Of a DNA stretch of 32,000 nt, positions 24,370 through 32,000 are shown one piece after another. Position 1 is the first letter of the stretch. The number at the start of each line of letters is the position of its first letter. Made by a program: the position numbers and the translations under genes. The notes below the pieces were generated by a model that searched no databases, was not told the DNA's origin, and saw only the letters and a list, made by a program, of their open reading frames with translations. Origin of the DNA: Breznakia sp. PF5-3 (GTDB lineage: Bacteria; Bacillota_I; Bacilli_A; Erysipelotrichales; Erysipelotrichaceae); contig NZ_JAQFIQ010000002.1 of NCBI RefSeq assembly GCF_029504745.1, positions 81,287-113,286 on the forward strand, written 5' to 3'.

Positions 24370-26379
24370 ATGTACAAAGGCTGGGAAGGATTTAAAGCGG
24401 GAAAATGGAATAAAGAAATCGATACCAGAGATTTTATTCAAAGAAATTATACGCCTTATGAAGGTGATGAAAGTTTCTTGGAAAAGCCAACTGATGCTAC
24501 AAAAAAATTGTGGGATCAAGTAACCGATTTAAATCAACAAGAAAGAGAAGCCGGCGGAGTATTAGATGCAGATACAAAAATTGTTTCTTCGCTAACATCT
24601 CACAAAGCTGGATATCTAAATAAAGACTTAGAGAAAATCGTAGGTTTTCAAACAGATAAACCGTTCAAACGTTCACTACAACCTTTTGGTGGAATTAGAA
24701 TGAGTGAATCTGCATTAAAAGCTTATGGATATGAAATTGATTCAGAAGTAGTAGAAATTTTTACGAAATATCGTAAAACACATAACCAAGGTGTATTTGA
24801 TGCATATACACCAGAAATGCGACGTGCTCGTACATGTGGAATCATTACTGGATTGCCAGATGCATATGGACGAGGAAGAATCGTGGGGGATTATCGTCGA
24901 GTAGCACTTTATGGTGTGAATTATTTAATAAAGGATAAACAGGATTTATTAAATACAGTATTATTAGGTTCAATGACGGAAGAAAGAATCCGTGAACGTG
25001 AAGAAGTTTCCGAACAAATCAGAGCATTAACTGCTTTAAAAGAGTTAGCAAATATCTATGGATGTGATATTTCAGAACCAGCTACCAACGCACAGGAAGC
25101 TGTACAAGCAGTTTATTTTGGATATTTAGCAGCTGTAAAAGATCAAAATGGAGCTGCTATGTCACTAGGACGTACATCAACATTCTTGGATATTTATATT
25201 CAAAGAGATATTGATAATGGAGTAATCAGTGAAGTTGAAGCACAGGAACTTATGGATCATTTCATTATGAAGTTACGTTTAGTGAAATTTATGAGAACAC
25301 CAGATTATAATGAATTGTTCTCAGGTGACCCAACTTGGGTAACGGAATCTATTGGAGGTATGGGATTAGATGGACGTACCTTAGTTACAAAGAATTCATT
25401 TCGAGTGTTGCACACACTTGTAAATTTAGGGCCAGCACCAGAACCAAACCTAACGGTTTTATGGTCTACACGCTTGCCAAATAACTTCAAACGGTATTGT
25501 GCAAAGATATCGATTGAGACAAGTTCAATTCAATATGAAAATGATGATTTGATGCGTGTCGAAATGGGTGATGATTATTGTATTGCTTGTTGTGTATCTT
25601 GTATGAAAGTTGGAAAGGATATGCAATTCTTTGGAGCTCGTGCCAACCTAGCAAAATGTTTACTATATGCTATTAATGGTGGTGTTGATGAAAAGAAAAA
25701 GATTCAAGTATCACCAAGAATGGAACCAATTACTTCAGAGTATTTAGATTATGATGAAGTAATCCAAAAGTATACGCAGATGATGAGCTGGTTAGCAGAG
25801 TTGTATGTAAATACTTTAAATGTTATTCACTATATGCATGATAAGTATTCATATGAAGCAGTAGAGATGGCTTTGCATGACCATGATGTAAGAAGATTCT
25901 TTGCAACTGGTATTGCTGGATTATCAGTAGTTGCTGATTCTTTATCTGCAATCAAATATGCAAAAGTAAAAGTAGTTCGTGATGAAGATGGTATTGCAGT
26001 AGATTATGCGGTAGAAGGAGATTTTCCAAAATATGGAAACAACGACGACCGTGTTGATGAAATTGCAGCAAACCTAGTAAAAATATTTATGAACATGATC
26101 AAAGAACATAGAACATATCGTGGAGGAGTTCCTTCAATGAGTATCCTTACGATTACATCAAATGTTGTATATGGAAAGAAAACGGGAAATACACCAGATG
26201 GACGTAAAGCTGGAGAACCATTTGCACCAGGTGCAAACCCAATGCATGGTAGAGATACTACAGGAGCAGTTGCTTCTTTAGAATCGGTTGCCAAATTACC
26301 ATATGAATATTCTAGAGATGGAATTTCAAACACATTCTCGATTATCCCTGAAGCGTTGGGGAAAGATGATGAGAAATAG
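24370..26379 (+). CDS. pflB: Pyruvate formate-lyase (formate C-acetyltransferase), catalytic body lacking the glycyl-radical domain
   Basis: 669 aa, colinear with PflB: N-terminal WEGFKAGKW, the active-site Cys-Cys in CIACCVSCM (codons 25588-25593), and an end at ...[15 protein letters not shown]. coli PflB reads ...SIVPNALGKDDEVRK... at this point and continues for ~75 more residues. The ORF is terminated by an in-frame TAG at 26377-26379. Confidence 0.9.
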   Translation: MYKGWEGFKAGKWNKEIDTRDFIQRNYTPYEGDESFLEKPTDATKKLWDQVTDLNQQEREAGGVLDADTKIVSSLTSHKAGYLNKDLEKIVGFQTDKPFKRSLQPFGGIRMSESALKAYGYEIDSEVVEIFTKYRKTHNQGVFDAYTPEMRRARTCGIITGLPDAYGRGRIVGDYRRVALYGVNYLIKDKQDLLNTVLLGSMTEERIREREEVSEQIRALTALKELANIYGCDISEPATNAQEAVQAVYFGYLAAVKDQNGAAMSLGRTSTFLDIYIQRDIDNGVISEVEAQELMDHFIMKLRLVKFMRTPDYNELFSGDPTWVTESIGGMGLDGRTLVTKNSFRVLHTLVNLGPAPEPNLTVLWSTRLPNNFKRYCAKISIETSSIQYENDDLMRVEMGDDYCIACCVSCMKVGKDMQFFGARANLAKCLLYAINGGVDEKKKIQVSPRMEPITSEYLDYDEVIQKYTQMMSWLAELYVNTLNVIHYMHDKYSYEAVEMALHDHDVRRFFATGIAGLSVVADSLSAIKYAKVKVVRDEDGIAVDYAVEGDFPKYGNNDDRVDEIAANLVKIFMNMIKEHRTYRGGVPSMSILTITSNVVYGKKTGNTPDGRKAGEPFAPGANPMHGRDTTGAVASLESVAKLPYEYSRDGISNTFSIIPEALGKDDEK

Positions 26380-26385
26380 GAGGTC

Positions 26386-26622
26386 ATGATGAAAGATAGA
26401 GTTGATAACTTAGTGACGATGATTGATGGATATGCACAAAGTGGTGGTCACCATTTAAATGTAAATGTATTTAATCGTGAAACCTTATTGGATGCTCAAA
26501 AACATCCTGAGAAATATCCACAACTTACAATCCGTGTATCTGGATATGCTGTTAATTTTAATAAACTATCGAAAGAACAACAGGATGATGTAATAAATCG
26601 TACAATGCACGAAGGTATGTAG
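26386..26622 (+). CDS. Stand-alone glycyl-radical domain (C-terminal PFL domain, GrcA/YfiD-like), in the same frame as pflB
   Basis: The sequence ends [65 protein letters not shown] and carries the RVSGYAV radical motif (Gly codon 26542-26544). AGGAGG lies at 26378-26383. ATGs are at 26386 (2-nt spacing) and 26389 (5-nt spacing, the more likely start). Confidence 0.8.
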   Translation: MMKDRVDNLVTMIDGYAQSGGHHLNVNVFNRETLLDAQKHPEKYPQLTIRVSGYAVNFNKLSKEQQDDVINRTMHEGM

Positions 26623-26626
26623 CAAA

Positions 26627-26656
26627 AGAGTGTTTCGAAAGAAACATTCTTTTTTT
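26627..26656 (+). terminator. Rho-independent terminator of the pfl operon
   Basis: A 10-bp stem, AGAGTGTTTC (26627-26636) with GAAACATTCT (26641-26650), contains one G-U pair and a GAAA tetraloop. A T-run follows, ending at 26656. Confidence 0.7.
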
Positions 26657-26715
26657 AAATTTATTGCATAGTTTTTCTTTATGTTTTCTTATATAATGGT
26701 TGTGGAAGGTGCTTT

Positions 26716-27390
26716 ATGTACAAAATTGTAATTGTTGAAGATGATCAAAACATTCGTAATGAATTGGGAGAATTTTTGAATAAGAATGGCTATGAAACAA
26801 CTTTGGTTGTGGATTTTAAGCATGCTGTAGAGAAAACATTAGAGGCACATGCACATGTGTTATTGTTAGATTTAAATTTACCAATTGTTGATGGTTATTA
26901 TATTTGTCGAGAGATTCGTAAGCAATCCAACTTACCAATTATTGTTGTGACAAGTAGAGATAGTGAAATGGACGAATTGATGAGTATGAATTTAGGGGCT
27001 GATGATTTTGTAACGAAACCTTATAACTTACAAATTCTCTTAGCACGTATTGAACGATTGATAAACCGTGCTTATGAACATGAAGAGAAGACATCACTGA
27101 TGGTTGGTGATATTATTTTGGATATGAGTAAAAGCTTATTGCAATATCAAGATCAAACAATTGAGTTAACCAAAAATGAGTTTCGTATATTACATTGCTT
27201 ATTTCGTCATAAAAATGAAATTGTATCTCGTGATGAACTGATGAACGATATGTGGGATGGAGATCTTTTTGTTGATGACAATGCTTTGACTGTAAACATT
27301 AATCGTGTTAGAAAAAAATTGGACTATATTGGATTACAGGATCTAGTACAGACAAAACGAGGATTAGGATACATCGTGTATGAAGATTAG
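26716..27390 (+). CDS. OmpR/PhoB-family response regulator (BceR/GraR-like)
   Basis: The receiver domain has IVEDD, LLLDLNLP (phospho-acceptor Asp), VVTSRD and VTKPY. The C-terminal winged helix has LTKNEFRILHCLF...LTVNINRVRKKL...GLGYIV. It overlaps the downstream kinase gene by 11 nt. Confidence 0.9.
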   Translation: MYKIVIVEDDQNIRNELGEFLNKNGYETTLVVDFKHAVEKTLEAHAHVLLLDLNLPIVDGYYICREIRKQSNLPIIVVTSRDSEMDELMSMNLGADDFVTKPYNLQILLARIERLINRAYEHEEKTSLMVGDIILDMSKSLLQYQDQTIELTKNEFRILHCLFRHKNEIVSRDELMNDMWDGDLFVDDNALTVNINRVRKKLDYIGLQDLVQTKRGLGYIVYED

Positions 27391-28390
27391 TAAGTTTTTA
27401 CTTGAGAAGTTTTATGTTTTTGTTTTAGGGTTGTTTGTTTCCTGTATACAAACAATGTTTTTTGTTGCCAGTGGAAGTAATCTTGATACAATTTTATTTT
27501 TTGCGATTTTATTATGGGTTGCCATAATCGTAGGTTTGTTTATTGAATACAAACAAAAAGTAGGGTTTTATCAAAATCTTGATGCAACCTTACAAAAGGT
27601 TGATAAAAAATATTTAATTCATGAAATGATTCAAGAACCAAGATTTATAGAGGGTCGTATTCTATATGATGTTCTTGTGGATTTGAATAAAAATTTAAAT
27701 GATACAATCAATGCTTTCACTATCCGTGAAAAGGAATATCAAGAATATATTGAGTTATGGGTTCATGAAATAAAAACCCCATTAGCTGCTGGGAAATTGA
27801 TTGTAGCAAATAATGATAGTACAGTCATGCGTAATTTAGATACTGAATTAAATCGTATTGATAGTTTTGTGGAACAAGCATTATTTTATGCACGTAGTAC
27901 AAGTCTTGAAAAAGATTACGTTGTGAAAGAAGTACAACTAGATGAGATTGTTCGTAAGGTTGTTAAGAAACATAAACAAACGTTTTTATATAAGAATATT
28001 AAAATTGATTTATGTGATCTTGATGAAAAAATATTTAGTGATGCGAAATGGGTAGAATTTATATTAAATCAATTGATTGATAATGCTCTTAAATATACAG
28101 GAGTGGATGGAGAAATAAAAATTTATACAAAAAAGGAAAAAGAAAATACTGTATTGTATATGAAAGATACTGGAATTGGCATTGATCCAAGGGATATTGA
28201 AAGAGTATTTGAACGTGGTTTTACTGGGGAAAATGGAAGAATTTACAATAAGGCAACGGGTATGGGGTTGTATTTGTGTAAACTCTTATGTGAAAAATTG
28301 TATATTGGAATTGAAATATCTTCTTCTTTAGAACAAGGGACAGAGTTGAAGTTAATCTTTCCTTTAGGTAGTATGATTGGATTAAGATAA
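27380..28390 (+). CDS. Intramembrane-sensing histidine kinase (BceS/GraS-like)
   Basis: 336 aa. Two N-terminal TM helices are joined by a linker of under 10 aa (ASGSNLD), so there is no extracytoplasmic sensor domain. It has an H-box WVHEIKTPL, an N-box LIDNALKYT, a G1 box MKDTGIGI and a G2 box GMGLYLC. Confidence 0.85.
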   Translation: MKISKFLLEKFYVFVLGLFVSCIQTMFFVASGSNLDTILFFAILLWVAIIVGLFIEYKQKVGFYQNLDATLQKVDKKYLIHEMIQEPRFIEGRILYDVLVDLNKNLNDTINAFTIREKEYQEYIELWVHEIKTPLAAGKLIVANNDSTVMRNLDTELNRIDSFVEQALFYARSTSLEKDYVVKEVQLDEIVRKVVKKHKQTFLYKNIKIDLCDLDEKIFSDAKWVEFILNQLIDNALKYTGVDGEIKIYTKKEKENTVLYMKDTGIGIDPRDIERVFERGFTGENGRIYNKATGMGLYLCKLLCEKLYIGIEISSSLEQGTELKLIFPLGSMIGLR

Positions 28391-28402
28391 TAAGAATGTG
28401 TA

Positions 28403-28439
28403 AGTAGTAGGGTTACGAAGTATGTAATGCTACTTTTTA
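28403..28439 (+). terminator. Possible imperfect terminator after the two-component operon
   Basis: AGTAG..GTTAC (28403-28416) can pair with GTAAT.CTACT (28424-28434) around an internal loop, and TTTTT follows. The stem is imperfect. Confidence 0.35.
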
Positions 28440-28456
28440 TTTTTAAAAGGGATATT

Positions 28457-28485
28457 TTGAAAAGATAATGAACCTTTTTTATAAA
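28457..28485 (+). promoter_or_regulatory. Sigma-A-type promoter of the phosphoesterase gene
   Basis: TTGAAA (28457-28462), a 17-nt spacer, then TATAAA (28480-28485). The GAGGAGG SD lies at 28521-28527. Confidence 0.45.
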
Positions 28486-28531
28486 CTGACGACTTATTTA
28501 TTAGAAAGAGTAATTGAAAAGAGGAGGGAAT

Positions 28532-30997
28532 ATGAAGAAATTAAGGAATCTTTTTATTGCATTGGTGATAGGTATCATCTGTTTTATTACAGTACCTAAT
28601 GAAATCTCTGCGGCAAGCGATTTATACATTGGGAATGTGAATACAACATATGTAGGGGATAGTAGTACAAGTATTCAAATCAACTTTAAGACGGCTAAAC
28701 TGTCTAGAAAAGATACTCAGCCAGTGGTTGATATTTATTACTACCCAACAGGAGCAAAAGCAGAAGAGAAGAAGATTGCTGCTACAGCTACGGTGGAGTC
28801 ATATACAAGTTATCATGTAGCATATATAAAAGGATTGAAGAAGGATACAGCATATACATATTATGCAAAGAATAAAAATGATAATTCTATATCAAAAGAA
28901 TATATATTTAAAACGACAGGAGATGAAGTGAATTTTGTTGCATTATCAAATGCCCATTATCGCTCAACATCAAGTTATCAAAATAATTATGTAAATACAT
29001 ATAATGCAGCTATTGAACGTACTGGTGCTGATTTTATAATCCATACAGGAAAACTTGCGTCAGGAACAAGTGAGAGTTATTTAAATGGTTACTATGATAT
29101 GTTTAATAGTGATATTCCATTACTTCATAATACGGATCAAAAAAGCAGTGCTAATAAGTACTTTGCATTGAATCATTCAGCTACAAAAGCACAGAAAGAT
29201 TCATCAGATTCTTATGTAGTTGTAGGAAATACGTTGATTTTAAATGTGAATACAACGTTGAATTCATCAACTGATATTAAGAATCACATCGCTTGGTTAA
29301 GAAATACGGTAGCAAATAATAAGAACTGTAAATGGATTGTAGTTAGTATGAGTGATAGTTTTTATGGAAACAGTATTTCAACAAGTACGATTAAGAAACA
29401 ATTGACACCAGTCTTTGATGAATTAGGTGTAAATGCAGTTCTTCAAGGAAAAGAAACGTATTATGCAAGATCATATCTTGTGAAAAATGATATGATTTTA
29501 GAGGATTATCCACAAAGAAGTGCATTTGCAAAGAAAGATGGTCTGTTATATATCAGCCCTGGAGTTGCAGGAGCAGAACAAACGGATCCAAGTTCTGGTC
29601 GAACATGGTTATCAAAAACAACAGCTTATAAAAACGAAGCAAAAGCAGCAGGTGCGAAAACATATACAAATATTAAAGCAAATGACAATGAATTAACATT
29701 TACGACATACCGAGTTGACGGAAGTGTAGTAGATACATATAAAATCTATGAAGGTGAAACACCAGAGCGTGGAATAGAAACGTTTGAACCAATTGGTTTG
29801 AATAATGCATTTGTGAAACAAGCTACGGATAACCGTACGTTTACTTGGCAAAGTAATTCAACTTTTGCTGAACCATATATACGTTATGCGACAGTTGATC
29901 AAGATTTAGCTACTCAAGGTATTGAAACAAGAGGTAGCTCTGCAAAGACATCTATTTATCTAACAAGTTATAATGCGAATAAGGTAAGTTTAAATGGATT
30001 GAAACCAAATACAACATATCAATATCGTGTTGGTAATATTGTTACAAATGCGAAAACAGGATCAAAGACAAAGTTTGAAAGTGAAGTATATACATTTACA
30101 ACAGATGATACGAATACAAAAGATTTTAGTTTTGTACATTTCTCTGATTCACAAGGTGGATCAAGTGAATATAATGCATATTGGGGAAATACAGCTAGAA
30201 AAGCAAAAGCTTTAGTACCAGATGCTGCTTTATATATTCATACAGGAGATATGGTTGAGTCGATGAGTAAATCACATTGGGATGGATTCTTAACAAGCTT
30301 TGGTAATAGCTTTACAACTGGAGCCTTTATGCCAGTATTAGGAAATCATGAAGGAAAAACAAGTGAAGCTTTATATCCACAAATCTTTTCACCAGTGAAT
30401 GAGAATGGATATGCACTTAACTATTCTTATACATATGGGAATGCATTGTTTATAAATATTAATTCTAATTATGACAGTACAAGAGAATTAGAAAAACAAG
30501 CTACTTGGATTAGAAATACAGTTTCTACATATGGTAAAGATAAGTTTATTGTAGTATCTTTCCATAAAGGGCCTTTTGGTGGTAGATGGGCTTTGGGTCA
30601 TGGAGATACAGGATTAGGATCAGGAAATATTAAAAAGATCTTAGTTCCAGTATTTGAAGAGTGTGGTGTAAGTTTAGTACTACAAGGACATGATCATAAC
30701 TACTTAAGAAGTTATCCAATTAAAAACAGTGCTCCAAATACAAAGGTAGATAATCGTAGTGAAATTTCAACTTCACAAGATGGAACCATCTACATGGTTT
30801 CACGTAACAGTGGAGAGAAAACATATGATATGTATGATAATCGTGCTTGGATTGATGTATCTTGGAATCCAGGAGCAATGAAAAAGAGTCCAGATGCAAC
30901 CGTCTTTTCAAAAGTTGATGTAAAAGATGATCGCATGATTGTAACCGTGTACACAAGTACATATCAAATTATTGACTCTTATACAATTACAAAATAA
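28532..30997 (+). CDS. Secreted tandem purple-acid-phosphatase-like / calcineurin-like metallophosphoesterase; N-terminal module degenerate, C-terminal module canonical
   Basis: I prefer ATG 28532, because GAGGAGG lies 4-5 nt upstream. The ORF track starts at TTG 28514. The signal peptide is MKKLRNLFIALVIGIICFITVPNEISA/AS. There are two colinear modules, each a beta-sandwich followed by a phosphoesterase fold. Module 2 carries GDMV (30245-30256), GNHE (30341-30352), SFHKGP and GHDH (30686-30697). Confidence 0.85.
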   Translation: MKKLRNLFIALVIGIICFITVPNEISAASDLYIGNVNTTYVGDSSTSIQINFKTAKLSRKDTQPVVDIYYYPTGAKAEEKKIAATATVESYTSYHVAYIKGLKKDTAYTYYAKNKNDNSISKEYIFKTTGDEVNFVALSNAHYRSTSSYQNNYVNTYNAAIERTGADFIIHTGKLASGTSESYLNGYYDMFNSDIPLLHNTDQKSSANKYFALNHSATKAQKDSSDSYVVVGNTLILNVNTTLNSSTDIKNHIAWLRNTVANNKNCKWIVVSMSDSFYGNSISTSTIKKQLTPVFDELGVNAVLQGKETYYARSYLVKNDMILEDYPQRSAFAKKDGLLYISPGVAGAEQTDPSSGRTWLSKTTAYKNEAKAAGAKTYTNIKANDNELTFTTYRVDGSVVDTYKIYEGETPERGIETFEPIGLNNAFVKQATDNRTFTWQSNSTFAEPYIRYATVDQDLATQGIETRGSSAKTSIYLTSYNANKVSLNGLKPNTTYQYRVGNIVTNAKTGSKTKFESEVYTFTTDDTNTKDFSFVHFSDSQGGSSEYNAYWGNTARKAKALVPDAALYIHTGDMVESMSKSHWDGFLTSFGNSFTTGAFMPVLGNHEGKTSEALYPQIFSPVNENGYALNYSYTYGNALFININSNYDSTRELEKQATWIRNTVSTYGKDKFIVVSFHKGPFGGRWALGHGDTGLGSGNIKKILVPVFEECGVSLVLQGHDHNYLRSYPIKNSAPNTKVDNRSEISTSQDGTIYMVSRNSGEKTYDMYDNRAWIDVSWNPGAMKKSPDATVFSKVDVKDDRMIVTVYTSTYQIIDSYTITK

Positions 30998-31001
30998 TAT
31001 T

Positions 31002-31024
31002 AAGACATCTTCGGATGTCTTTTC
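31002..31024 (+). terminator. Rho-independent terminator of the phosphoesterase gene
   Basis: AAGACATC (31002-31009) pairs with GATGTCTT (31014-31021) around a TTCG loop. A short T-run follows. Confidence 0.6.
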
Positions 31025-31194
31025 GTATTATAAAGCTAAGAGATATCTTAATAAAACATTAGACTTACGTAAATGTGCGTGAGAATGTGATATACTTCAA
31101 TTAGGGAGTGTTCACATTTGGGACTTAGATCTCGTAAAAACCTTTATAGCTTAGACTATTGATTAAGGTTCACTCCCACATATTGCATATGAGA

Positions 31195-31233
31195 GCTAAG
31201 AGTTATGTAAGATACTCTTGGCTTTTTTCTTTT
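31195..31233 (+). terminator. Terminator-like hairpin with a T-tract in the non-coding region upstream of the IS110 transposase
   Basis: GCTAAGAGT (31195-31203) pairs with ACTCTTGGC (31213-31221) to give 9 bp including one G-U. The loop is 9 nt and TTTTTTCTTTTC follows. No protein-coding gene ends here. Confidence 0.45.
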
Positions 31234-31446
31234 CTAGGCATAGATTAGAAAAAGGTTCTAGGGTATGAAGAACGGGGCGTCTTTGGGGTCATTGAGCTCG
31301 TTAAAAAAAACGTTCTCATCCCTTTCTTAATCATGAAAGCCTGCTTAGAACTAATGAGGAACGTATCCTGTATGAAAAACGAAAATAGGCACCGTGTACA
31401 AGAGAAGGAAACTTAAGGCTCACAAGCATGGAAAGGAGGCAACAAA

Positions 31447-32000
31447 ATGAAATTACCATGTATAGCAATAGATGTATCAAAAGGAAAAAGTCATGTGCGA
31501 TCATTTTTTAAATTGGGTAAGGAATATGGAAAAACATTTTCCTTTGAGCATAACAAAGAAGGATTTGAGGTTCTTATGGACCGCTACAATGAGCTCAAAG
31601 AAAACAGTGGTCATGATGTGATGTTTATTTTTGAATCTACTGGGGTGTATCACAAAGTAATTCAACACTTTTTAGAACAAAAGAACAAGAAGTTTATTAT
31701 GATTAGTCCACTACAGTCTGCAAAGGTTCGTAAGTTAGATCTGCGAGCTGCAAAAACTGATAAACTGGATCCAATGTACATCGCTAAAGCGTACTATATG
31801 TTGGATATCGATATGAATGTCAAGAAGCAAGAGGTGTATGATGAGTTGATGCAGTTGGACCGTTATTATGAAGTACAGTTAACCTCGCTAACAAAGGCTA
31901 AAGTGCATTATCGAGAGAGCCTTGATTTAGTATTTCCTAAACTTGATGAACATTTCGATGTATATGATCCTTGTGTTGTGCTGATAATTCAAAAGTATAA
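31447..32000 (+). CDS. IS110-family transposase/recombinase (DEDD RuvC-like N-terminal domain), 3'-truncated by the window edge
   Basis: My translation is MKLPCIAIDVSKGKSHVRSFF...DVMFIFESTGVYHKVIQHFL...FIMISPLQSAKVRKLDLRAAKTDKLDPMYIAKAYYM... It shows the IS110 DEDD signature blocks (IDVSK, ESTG.YH, KTDK.D). AGGAGG lies at 31434-31439, 7 nt before the ATG. The frame is open to base 32000. Confidence 0.85.
   Translation, partial: MKLPCIAIDVSKGKSHVRSFFKLGKEYGKTFSFEHNKEGFEVLMDRYNELKENSGHDVMFIFESTGVYHKVIQHFLEQKNKKFIMISPLQSAKVRKLDLRAAKTDKLDPMYIAKAYYMLDIDMNVKKQEVYDELMQLDRYYEVQLTSLTKAKVHYRESLDLVFPKLDEHFDVYDPCVVLIIQKY

Larger units (their letters stand above)
31030..32000 (+). mobile_element. IS110-family insertion sequence, partial (continues past the window end); left boundary undetermined
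   Basis: The call rests on the transposase ORF at 31447 onward and its long non-coding leader. IS110 elements lack classical terminal inverted repeats, so the left end cannot be fixed by eye. It lies somewhere between about 31025 and 31440. Confidence 0.55.

Noticed and set aside
26377-26379. TAG in pflB as a recoded sense codon (pyrrolysine, a suppressor, or an alternative genetic code)
   Set aside because: TAG clearly terminates the response regulator (27388-27390) and the glycyl-radical ORF (26620-26622). No pyl genes are visible. The stop is embedded in a perfect SD followed by ATG, which argues for termination and re-initiation, not read-through. A sequencing error remains possible and is listed as a refutation test.
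23669-26387. Antisense ORFs in the pfl locus (23669-23887, 23814-24026, 25305-25490, 26004-26387)
   Set aside because: They overlap well-supported pflA, trx and pflB coding sequence on the opposite strand. They have no motifs and no SD.
28412-28427. GTTACGAAGTATGTAA as a BceR-type binding site (TNACA-N4-TGTAA)
   Set aside because: The half-site spacing is off by one, and one half-site is imperfect (TTACG). The sequence is explained more simply as the stem of the imperfect terminator after the kinase gene.
30027-30962. ORFs 30027-30215(+) and 30720-30962(-) inside the phosphoesterase gene
   Set aside because: They are alternative-frame or antisense to a CDS with canonical metallophosphoesterase motifs.
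31265-31330. 21-codon ORF (MKNGASLGSLSSLKKTFSSLS) in the IS110 leader
   Set aside because: It has no convincing SD, it is very short, and it lies in a region better explained as structured non-coding RNA or the IS end.
1-32000. Scan for CRISPR arrays, tRNA or rRNA genes, and a retron- or DGR-type reverse transcriptase that could diversify the giant repeat protein
   Set aside because: I saw no regularly spaced identical short repeats with unique spacers. I recognised no cloverleaf-like or rRNA-like sequence. No reverse-transcriptase motif (YxDD) ORF is present, and the repeats in the giant gene are degenerate at the DNA level.

Overview
AT-rich segment (about one-third G+C by eye, not computed) that looks like a low-GC Bacillota (Firmicutes) chromosome. 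The finer taxon is a guess. One uninterrupted 18,411-nt ORF (3110-21520, 57% of the window) encodes a 6,136-aa protein with a Sec signal peptide and a C-terminal transmembrane anchor with a basic tail. Its body is built from two different degenerate repeat architectures and is bracketed by GGxGxD-type motifs at both ends. I could not assign it to a characterised family by eye. It most resembles FhaB/LktA-like filamentous beta-helical adhesins, but with monoderm-style anchoring. Upstream lie the end of a LytTR response regulator, an AgrC-type histidine kinase and a divergent membrane-anchored TPR protein. The promoter of the giant gene carries two perfect 9-nt direct repeats with a 12-nt spacer, which is the classic LytTR operator geometry. 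Downstream on the minus strand are an M42 peptidase and pyrR. Next is a pyruvate formate-lyase locus in the order pflA, thioredoxin-like gene, pflB. Here pflB is split in frame by a TAG that overlaps a perfect AGGAGG, followed by ATG, so the glycyl-radical domain is a separate 77-78-aa ORF. After that come an OmpR-type response regulator with a BceS-like intramembrane-sensing kinase, and a secreted protein made of two purple-acid-phosphatase-like modules. The first of those modules has lost every metal-ligand motif. The window ends in the 5' part of an IS110-family element, whose roughly 420-nt structured leader may encode a bridge RNA. I recognised no rRNA, tRNA or CRISPR array. All homology statements are by-eye motif recognition, not database searches.
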